DNA from: Terriglobia bacterium
GTDB taxonomy: Bacteria; Acidobacteriota; Terriglobia; Acidiferrales; UBA7541
Assembly: GCA_963695545.1 (NCBI GenBank)
Contig: OY968796.1
Location: 1,536,001 to 1,600,000, forward strand
Reading direction: 5' to 3'
DNA length: 64,000 bases
Part shown: one piece after another, positions 31,464-38,405 of the stretch
How positions within the stretch are numbered: position 1 is the stretch's first letter
Layout: each line of letters begins with the position of its first letter
Made by a program: the position numbers and the translations under genes
Notes under the pieces: model-generated
The model's input: only the letters and a program-made list of their open reading frames with translations
The model's database searches: none
What the model was told of the DNA's origin: nothing

Positions 31464-31492
31464 TTGACATTCCGCACTTGATCGACAAAGAT
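31464..31492 (+). promoter_or_regulatory. Putative promoter for riboswitch leader
   Basis: TTGACA 31464-31469, 17 nt, weak -10 AAAGAT; would start transcription just before the aptamer. Confidence 0.5.
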
Positions 31493-31498
31493 TCCCCA

Positions 31499-31549
31499 AA
31501 GGTGTTGGAGTTCACCGTAACCGCCCTACTGGGCAGATAACTCCTACGA
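31499..31549 (+). ncRNA. Fluoride (crcB) riboswitch aptamer, variant
   Basis: GGTGTTGGAGTTCACCGTAACCGCCCTACTGGGCAGATAACTCCTAC: P1 GGTG/CACC, pseudoknot GGAGTT/AACTCC, P2 GCCC/GGGC, AAC linker and CTAC tail as in the crcB motif. Confidence 0.85.
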
Positions 31550-31582
31550 GGGTTTTTTCGTGGTGAGGGGTTTTCTGCTTTT
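31539..31582 (+). terminator. Riboswitch expression-platform terminator
   Basis: AACTCCT (31539-45) pairs AGGGGTT (31566-72); ACGAG pairs TTCGT; 4-nt bulge; followed by TTCTGCTTTT; excludes the aptamer pseudoknot. Confidence 0.65.
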
Positions 31583-31684
31583 GCGCTCGCTCGCTTCTCC
31601 ATTTTTCTCTCAATTCCCCTTCTTCCGCCTCGTTCTCTGTCCGCGCGCGATTGCTGAAGATCCGCGTTCGCCGGCGAAAATTGC

Positions 31685-33745
31685 ATGAGTTCCGAACCGC
31701 GCAATCCCCCCGAACTAAATCTATCGCAGAAGCGCCGTCTGACGGTGACGTGTCAGCACATCGATAAGCAACTCACGGATGTCGAAGCCGTCTTGAACCA
31801 GAGCGCGTCGAAGGCCGCGTTCCCGAAGTATCGGTCCGAGATTCCCCTGGCCGAGCGAAGAACCATCGAAGGCTACATCGCCCGGATTCGCGCGCAGTTG
31901 CTCCGCGTGCTCGATGGTCAGCGCATTGAGAAGCCCGCGCCGGTCATCTCGCCGGTTCACGCCATCCACGTGAACTTAACCTTCATCGCCATCGCGGCCG
32001 AGGAGCTCTTTCCCCAATACATGCGCGGCTACGGCGAGCTCCCCGAGCCGCTCGCGGCCGAATTAAACGGCATCGCCGGAGAATTGTTGGGGCTCGTGTC
32101 CAAGTTGGATCGATACGTCGGCGCCGGCCTCGGCGAAGATCTAAAAGAGCGCCTCGAACGCCTCGAGAAAACCAGCGATGAATCCACCCTCCTGCGCAAG
32201 ATTGAACGAATAGTTTCCGCTCGCGGCATGGTCGAGTATCGCCAAGCCATCTCGAATATCCTCGACCGCGCGGAGGACCAGACTTTCGAGGTAGCCGTTT
32301 TCGGTCGCGTGAGTTCCGGAAAGTCTTCCCTGCTCAATGCCATCCTCGACACCGCGATTCTCCCCGTGGGCGTCACGCCGGTCACCGCCGTGCCCACGCG
32401 AATCGTTTATGGCCCGCGCGCCTCTCTCACGGTGCGTTTTGCCGAGCGGCCCTCGCGGTCGCTCGATATCGCCCGACTGCCGGAATTCGCCACCGAGCAG
32501 GGAAATCCCGGCAACCAGCGCCACGTCAGCCGGATCGTCGTCGAACTCCCCGCGGCGCGCCTCCAGAATGGCGTGAGCTTCGTCGATACGCCGGGCCTCG
32601 GTTCCCTGGCCACAAGCGGCGCTGCCGAAACTCTGGCCTATTTGCCCAAGTGCGATCTTGGAGTTGTATTGATCGACGCGGGCTCGAGTCTGACGCCCGG
32701 TGACATCCACACCATCGACGCGCTTCAGCAAGCGGCAATTCCCGCCGCGGTGCTGCTCAGCAAGGCGGACTTGCTGAGCGACGCGGATCGCGCGCGCATG
32801 GTCGCCTATATCTCCGAACAGTTGTCCACAGAGTGTCACGCGGAGCTAGCCGCGCACCCCGTCAGCGCGCTCCCTTCTCATCGCGAAATGCTCGATGTTT
32901 GGTTTCGCGCCGAGATTCTGCCGCTCTATGAACGCAGCCAGGAATTGCGCGCTGCATCCTTGAAACGAAAAGTCGGAGCGCTGCGCGATGCCGTCGCGTC
33001 TTCTCTTGCCGCGCGTCTCGGTCCTGGTTCAGGCGCGGCGATCCCGCCCGTGGAAAAACTTCGCGCGGCGGAGTCGCGCCTTCGCGCAGCGCACGGCGCA
33101 ATTGAAGCCATGGCGCGAGCTGTCGATCAGGAAACCGAAAGCATGCCTTCGCAGATTCAAGAGCCAATCGAAGCGGCCGCAGCCGAACTCATCGAATTGT
33201 GGCGCGGAGCGAAGGACTCGCTCGCCTCTCCTGGCGCGGTTGCGCGCGGTGCGATCGTCCGTGCAATTCAATCCCGCGTCCAGCGCATGCGCAAACAGAT
33301 GGAGTCGCTGGCGGAAAGCTTGTGGCGAGAGCTCGATGCGTCCGCCGAAGCGCTGGAAATTCCCGACAAGCCGAGCCGCGAGGAATTCGCATCCCTCGTT
33401 CGGGAATTGCCGGTTTTTGACGCTCCCGTGACGATCGCGAACTTGCGATTGCGCAAACCGGCGAGTCTCACGCTCCTCGGCAAACGAGTCGCGCGGGAAA
33501 TGCTGCGGCGTAAGCTGATGCGGGATCTCGCTTCATCGCTGGCCGTCGCGGTCCAAACCTACGCGGGATTGCTGCGCAAGTCGGCGCTGGCCGTCTTACA
33601 GCACCTGCGCGCGCATTTTGAATCCTATGCTGATAGCTACCGCGCCCAGGCCGCCGCGTATCAGGATGGCCACGCCCTCACCGGCGCGGAAATCGATGCC
33701 ATTCGCTCCGATCTCGAGTCGCTCGGCGTACACATGCATCCGTAA
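31685..33745 (+). CDS. Bacterial dynamin-like GTPase
   Basis: G1 GRVSSGKS, LPVGVTPVT (G2), G3 VDTPG, G4 SKAD; helical N- and C-terminal regions. Confidence 0.88.
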   Translation: MSSEPRNPPELNLSQKRRLTVTCQHIDKQLTDVEAVLNQSASKAAFPKYRSEIPLAERRTIEGYIARIRAQLLRVLDGQRIEKPAPVISPVHAIHVNLTFIAIAAEELFPQYMRGYGELPEPLAAELNGIAGELLGLVSKLDRYVGAGLGEDLKERLERLEKTSDESTLLRKIERIVSARGMVEYRQAISNILDRAEDQTFEVAVFGRVSSGKSSLLNAILDTAILPVGVTPVTAVPTRIVYGPRASLTVRFAERPSRSLDIARLPEFATEQGNPGNQRHVSRIVVELPAARLQNGVSFVDTPGLGSLATSGAAETLAYLPKCDLGVVLIDAGSSLTPGDIHTIDALQQAAIPAAVLLSKADLLSDADRARMVAYISEQLSTECHAELAAHPVSALPSHREMLDVWFRAEILPLYERSQELRAASLKRKVGALRDAVASSLAARLGPGSGAAIPPVEKLRAAESRLRAAHGAIEAMARAVDQETESMPSQIQEPIEAAAAELIELWRGAKDSLASPGAVARGAIVRAIQSRVQRMRKQMESLAESLWRELDASAEALEIPDKPSREEFASLVRELPVFDAPVTIANLRLRKPASLTLLGKRVAREMLRRKLMRDLASSLAVAVQTYAGLLRKSALAVLQHLRAHFESYADSYRAQAAAYQDGHALTGAEIDAIRSDLESLGVHMHP

Positions 33746-33813
33746 CGCGCACGATCGCAGCGGACACCGCGCACGCGGTCGCCGCGATTTCTGATCGCGT
33801 CACGCAAGCGAAC

Positions 33814-34644
33814 ATGAAAACAGAAACGCGCGCAGCTCTCCCGGATCTGATCGGCAGAAATAGTGAACTTCGCCGTGTCCGCGCTGCCGTCCGCGCGAGA
33901 GAAAGTTTCCTGATCTGGGGTCCCGCGGACGCCGGAAAGACCGCTCTCGTGAAAAAGGCCATCTCGGAAGTCCCGGAGAGAGAGCGCCAGGGATGCATTT
34001 ATTGGAGCGGTGCGGCGAGCGTCCGCCAGTTGGCCGAGGAACTTCTGCGGCGTTTCTACGCCGCCGGGGATCCGTGCGTGCACAAGAAAGTACCCGAAGA
34101 CCGAAGCGGTCGCGAAACATCGGCCGACTCTTGGTTTCGGGATCGGTCGAGCGGACAGCTCAAAGCTCTCTTCTATCTCGCCGCCGCGAAGAGCCGCTAC
34201 GCGATTTTCCTGGATCACATGCCGCCCGCCACGCAACCCATGGCGCGTTTCCTGAAGCAGATCATCTGGAGATGCCACACCCCCGTCTATTTGCTCGCCC
34301 CAGGCTGTGATCGCGAGGATATCGGCCACGCGTGGAGCATTTACTTCGCCGAGCAATACCACATCGCAATCGGTCCTCTGTCTCCGGCGTTCGCCCGCGA
34401 ATTGCTCGAGCGATCCATCCGCCGTTTCGCCTTGGACCGATTTGATCTCTCCGGTTTTCGCGACGACATTCTGCGCATGAGCGGCCATCTCCCCGGCAGC
34501 CTCGTCAAAATGTGTGAATTGGCCGCCCAGCCCCGTTACCACTATGGAGACCAAATCAAAGTCAATCTCGTCCACGTCGACTATCTAATGCGCCGCGATC
34601 CTCTCGCCTCTCACCGCGCAGCCTTTACATCCGGCACATTCTGA
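33814..34644 (+). CDS. P-loop (AAA-like) ATP-binding protein
   Basis: LIGRNSEL, Walker A GPADAGKT, Walker B-like YAIFLDH, SGHLPG lid-like motif. Confidence 0.75.
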   Translation: MKTETRAALPDLIGRNSELRRVRAAVRARESFLIWGPADAGKTALVKKAISEVPERERQGCIYWSGAASVRQLAEELLRRFYAAGDPCVHKKVPEDRSGRETSADSWFRDRSSGQLKALFYLAAAKSRYAIFLDHMPPATQPMARFLKQIIWRCHTPVYLLAPGCDREDIGHAWSIYFAEQYHIAIGPLSPAFARELLERSIRRFALDRFDLSGFRDDILRMSGHLPGSLVKMCELAAQPRYHYGDQIKVNLVHVDYLMRRDPLASHRAAFTSGTF

Positions 34645-34685
34645 GTCACGCTGCATACGACCAGCAGGAGTGGCTAAAATCATGA
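34623..34685 (+). pseudogene. higB: C-terminal remnant of a HigB-family toxin
   Basis: Frame starting 34623 reads LYIRHILSHAAYDQQEWLKS*, matching the usual HigB ending (YIRH.LTH.EYD...W); stop overlaps higA ATG (ATGA); upstream of 34623 the frame is unrelated. Confidence 0.75.
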
Positions 34686-35068
34686 TTGCAGTGCCCGAAA
34701 AATACGCGCTCGAAGTCGGCTCCCCCACGCCGATCAAATCCGAGCACCAACATGACCAATTCCTTTCCGTCTTGGACAAGCTGGCCGGCAAGGAACGTCC
34801 AACGCCTGAAGAAGTGAAATATGCCGAAGTCTTGATCACACTGATCGAAGCGTATGAAGAAGAGCGTTACGCCATTCCCGAAGCTCCCCCGATCGAAATC
34901 CTCCGCGCATTGATGTCCGCCAACGATCTCCGTCAAAAAGACCTCGTCCCGATCTTCGGCTCCGAAAGCATCGTATCCGAAATCCTCCACAAGAAACGCG
35001 ACCTCAACAAATCCCATATCTCCAAATTGAGCAAGCGATTCCAGATTTCTCCCGCCGCGTTTTTCTAA
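34682..35068 (+). CDS. higA: HigA-family HTH antitoxin
   Basis: LITLIEAYEEE, LMSANDLRQKDLVPIFGSESIVSEILHKKRDLNKSHISKLSKRF; AGGAG upstream. Confidence 0.88.
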   Translation: MIAVPEKYALEVGSPTPIKSEHQHDQFLSVLDKLAGKERPTPEEVKYAEVLITLIEAYEEERYAIPEAPPIEILRALMSANDLRQKDLVPIFGSESIVSEILHKKRDLNKSHISKLSKRFQISPAAFF

Positions 35069-35136
35069 ATTCGCGGCCCGTCCTCCGCAATTCGAATGAA
35101 TTTCCACAGCCTATTCGAATAACCCACACGTTATCA

Positions 35137-35166
35137 TTGACATCCGCGCCATAACTGTGTTATCCT
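35137..35166 (+). promoter_or_regulatory. Sigma70-type promoter with extended -10
   Basis: TTGACA 35137-35142, 18 nt, TG-t-TATCCT (35158-35166); ATG at 35172. Confidence 0.6.
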
Positions 35167-35277
35167 TCCGCATGACCCACGAACACACGCCCGCGCCGTC
35201 CAGCGTAACGTCTCGCCTAAGCGCACCCCGCGATCCCGCCGCCTCCGGATTCGCCCCACCCCGCCTTTTCCCATCGC

Positions 35278-35467
35278 ACAATTTGCATTCTTCTGCACAA
35301 AATAGCCCCTCCAACCCATTTATTTTCAGTCGATTGCAAATGAGTGCGCATCTCATTGATACAACTCAATATCAACACATTTATTTTCACACTCATCCGC
35401 ACTCTTTCGCTGGAAGTCCCTTATTTACATCATTTTACGTATTTCATACCGGGGGTATATATACCCC
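35278..35467. repeat. AT-rich element with internal direct repeats and terminal palindrome
   Basis: CAACCCATTTATTTTCA (35312-28) and CAACACATTTATTTTCA (35373-89), degenerate third copy at 35414-29; GGGGTATATATACCCC at 35452-67. Confidence 0.6.
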
Positions 35468-35517
35468 AAGCAACTCCTCTGCGGCGCCCGCGCCCTTCGG
35501 AGCTACAATAGGACCCT

Positions 35518-37749
35518 ATGTCGTCGCTTGAACAGCCTCGCGGAGTGCCCGGCCCGGTTGCCAGCGGCGGAACCCGTGCCGATTGGGCACTGCAAGCTCG
35601 CTTCGCCGAGCTTCTGGCCAAGGTGCGCCAAAACCGTCCCTCCGACGACACCGAACAATTGCGCCGCGCCTACGAATTCGCCGCCGAACAGCACAAAGGC
35701 CAAATGCGCAAATCCGGCGCACCCTACCTTTCGCATCCGCTTGAGGTCGCGCATATCCTCGCCGATATGAAGCTCGACACCACCACTCTCTGCGCGGCCC
35801 TGCTCCACGACGTCGTCGAGGACACGCGCGTTCCCATCAGCGAGATCACCGAGCGTTTCGGCGAAGACACCGCTCGCCTCGTCGAAGGCGTAACCAAAAT
35901 CGGACGCCTCGGCCAAATCGCACCTGAAGCCCGTCAGGCCGAAAATCTGCGCAAGATGTTGCTCGCCATGGTCGTCGATATCCGCGTGGTCGTCGTCAAG
36001 ATGGCCGATCGGCTCCACAACATGCGCACGCTCAGTTATCTTCCGCCCGAGCGGCAGGAATATATCGCGCGCGAAACTCTCGACCTCTACGCCCCCATCG
36101 CCCACCGCCTGGGCATGGGCTTGATGCGCGGCGAACTCGAAGATCTCGCCTTCAGTTATCTCGAGCCCACCGCGTTTCTCGAGCTCAAGAAAACTCTCGA
36201 AGCGCGCAGCAAGCCGTTCGAGCGTTTCCTCGCCGAGACGCAAGACGCCATCGGCAAGCGTCTGGTTGAAAACAGCATTCCCGCCGAAGTCGAAGGCCGC
36301 ATCAAGCGCCTCTATTCGATTCGCCAGAAAGCTCAGCGCCAGCAGCGCAGCCTCGACCAGATTTACGACCTGCTGGCCGTGCGCGTGATCACTGATTCCG
36401 TGCGCAATTGCTACGCGGCGCTCGGCGTGATTCACCAGATGTGGCGCCCCGTGCCCGGCCGATTCAAAGACTACATCGCCATGCCGCGCCCCAATCTTTA
36501 TCAGTCGCTGCACACCACCGTGATCCACGCGGGCCAGGCCTTCGAGGTCCAAATCCGCACGCAGGAAATGCATCGCATCGCCGAGCAGGGCGTCGCCGCG
36601 CACTGGAAGTACAAGGACGGCCGCCAGATCGCCGACGCCGACGACCAGCGCATCGTCTGGATGCGCCAATTGATCGAATGGGCCCGCGAGATGGAGGAGC
36701 CCTCCGAATTTCTTTCCACGCTCAAGGTCGATCTCTATCCCGAAGAGGTCTACACCTTCACGCCCAAAGGACGCGTCCTCGCCCTGCCGCGCGGCGCCAC
36801 GCCCGTCGATTTCGCTTACGCCGTGCACACCGAAGTCGGTCACACCTGCGTCGGCGCGAAAGTGAACGGTCAGATCGTTCCGCTGCGCCATCGCCTTTCC
36901 AATGGCGACGTCGTCGAAGTCATGACCCAAAAAGGCCACGCGCCCAGCCGCGATTGGCTCAATTTCGTGCGCACCTCCCGCGCGCGCAGCAAGATTCGCC
37001 AGTGGATCAATCTCAACGAGCGGCATCAAGCCACCGAAGTCGGCCGTCGCCTGCTCGAGCGCGAAGCCCGCCATCTCGGTGTGAGCCTCAAGAAAATTCC
37101 CGAAGAAGATTTGTTGCGCGTCGCCTCCGAACACGGCTGCTCCCGGCTTGACGATCTTCTCGCCGGCCTCGGCTACGGAAGGTATTCCGCGCGCCAAATC
37201 CTCACCAAAGCCGCCGGCGCCTCGCTACCCGAAGGCGCGCCGCCGGAGCGCGGCGCTGAAAAGCCCGTGCCCGCGGGACCGAAACGCGCTGTCGAAGGCC
37301 AGGAACCCGTCGTACTCGTGCGTGGACAGGACGACTTGATGGTTTTTCGCGCCAAGTGTTGCAGCCCGATTCCCGGCGATGAAATCGTCGGCTACGTCAC
37401 GCGCGGCCGCGGCGTCGCCGTGCACTCCACGCGCTGTCCCAACGTTCAGAATCTGCTTTACCAATCCGAACGCCGTATCGCCGTCCAATGGGCCGGCGAA
37501 GCCGAATCGCAATTCCCGGTCACAATTTTGATCCGCGCGCTCGATCGCTCCGGCTTGCTCGCCGATATCACCAGCGTGATCAGCGGCGCCGGCTCGAACA
37601 TCAAAGCGCTCGAAAGCCGCCCAGATCAATTGAATGCTCGCGTCGAAGCCACGCTCGAAATTGTTGACAACAAGCAGCTCGAAGGCATCCTGGCCGAGAT
37701 CAAAAAAATCTCCGGCGTTTACGACGTCGAACGCGTCTACAAAGTTTGA
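35518..37749 (+). CDS. rel: Bifunctional (p)ppGpp synthetase/hydrolase (long RSH)
   Basis: RKSGAPYLSHP, LLHDVVED (HD), ADRLHNMRT, RFKDYIA, YQSLHT, EVQIRT, TGS (TPVDFAY), CCSPIPGD, ACT domain. Confidence 0.96.
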   Translation: MSSLEQPRGVPGPVASGGTRADWALQARFAELLAKVRQNRPSDDTEQLRRAYEFAAEQHKGQMRKSGAPYLSHPLEVAHILADMKLDTTTLCAALLHDVVEDTRVPISEITERFGEDTARLVEGVTKIGRLGQIAPEARQAENLRKMLLAMVVDIRVVVVKMADRLHNMRTLSYLPPERQEYIARETLDLYAPIAHRLGMGLMRGELEDLAFSYLEPTAFLELKKTLEARSKPFERFLAETQDAIGKRLVENSIPAEVEGRIKRLYSIRQKAQRQQRSLDQIYDLLAVRVITDSVRNCYAALGVIHQMWRPVPGRFKDYIAMPRPNLYQSLHTTVIHAGQAFEVQIRTQEMHRIAEQGVAAHWKYKDGRQIADADDQRIVWMRQLIEWAREMEEPSEFLSTLKVDLYPEEVYTFTPKGRVLALPRGATPVDFAYAVHTEVGHTCVGAKVNGQIVPLRHRLSNGDVVEVMTQKGHAPSRDWLNFVRTSRARSKIRQWINLNERHQATEVGRRLLEREARHLGVSLKKIPEEDLLRVASEHGCSRLDDLLAGLGYGRYSARQILTKAAGASLPEGAPPERGAEKPVPAGPKRAVEGQEPVVLVRGQDDLMVFRAKCCSPIPGDEIVGYVTRGRGVAVHSTRCPNVQNLLYQSERRIAVQWAGEAESQFPVTILIRALDRSGLLADITSVISGAGSNIKALESRPDQLNARVEATLEIVDNKQLEGILAEIKKISGVYDVERVYKV

Positions 37750-37766
37750 GCAGTTAGAATGACTCT

Positions 37767-38405
37767 ATGTTCTTCGCGCTCTTTCGGTCTCCGGCTCGTG
37801 GTCGGCTCCTCGCTGCGACTTTCGCATGCGCGCTCGCCGCAGCCTCCGTCCTCGGTGGATGCAAGCGCTCCCAGCCGGCCGAAGAGGAAGCGCCGATCGA
37901 TCAGGCCACGATTCCTTTCTCAAATGCCGACCAACTCCGTCCGCTGAACCCAACTCAATACGAAGTGCTGCAACTCGCCGAAGTGAAGCAGGCCGGTCTC
38001 TCCGATTCAGCCTGCCTCGAGTTGATTCAACTCGCCCGGAAATCGGGCCAGCCATTTTCCGACGGCGATTCAATCGCGCAATTGCTCGGCGCCGGTGAAA
38101 GCCCGGACATGGTTCTCCAGCTCGCGCGCATGGGCGAGCTCGGCGTGTGGTCGGGCCAGGTCCTCGCCATGCATCTCGCGAACATTCCTGACTCCATCAT
38201 CCTCGACGTCGCGCGCCGCCGCGCCGCCGGAGAGCCGTCGCTCTCCGGCGACATGATTGCCCAGTTGCGCGATGCCGGATACACGCAAGCGCAAATCACG
38301 GAGCTGCTGGACAAGGGCACAACCGACCCCGAAGCCCAGAAGATTCTCGATTACCATCACCGCGCCACGGCCCAATTCGTCAGGAACTCTCGCCGCAGGC
38401 ACTGA
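37767..38405 (+). CDS. Hypothetical lipoprotein
   Basis: Lipobox-like VLGGC; repeated short helices (KQAGLSD, HLANIPD, RDAGYTQ); stop overlaps next ATG. Confidence 0.7.
   Translation: MFFALFRSPARGRLLAATFACALAAASVLGGCKRSQPAEEEAPIDQATIPFSNADQLRPLNPTQYEVLQLAEVKQAGLSDSACLELIQLARKSGQPFSDGDSIAQLLGAGESPDMVLQLARMGELGVWSGQVLAMHLANIPDSIILDVARRRAAGEPSLSGDMIAQLRDAGYTQAQITELLDKGTTDPEAQKILDYHHRATAQFVRNSRRRH

Noticed and set aside
31685..35068. Dynamin-ATPase-HTH as an anti-phage defence island
   Set aside because: Possible but unsupported: single dynamin, riboswitch leader, broken toxin, and no other defence or mobility genes nearby
35278..35467. Mini CRISPR array
   Set aside because: Only two good 17-nt repeats and one degenerate copy with uneven spacing; no cas genes in the window
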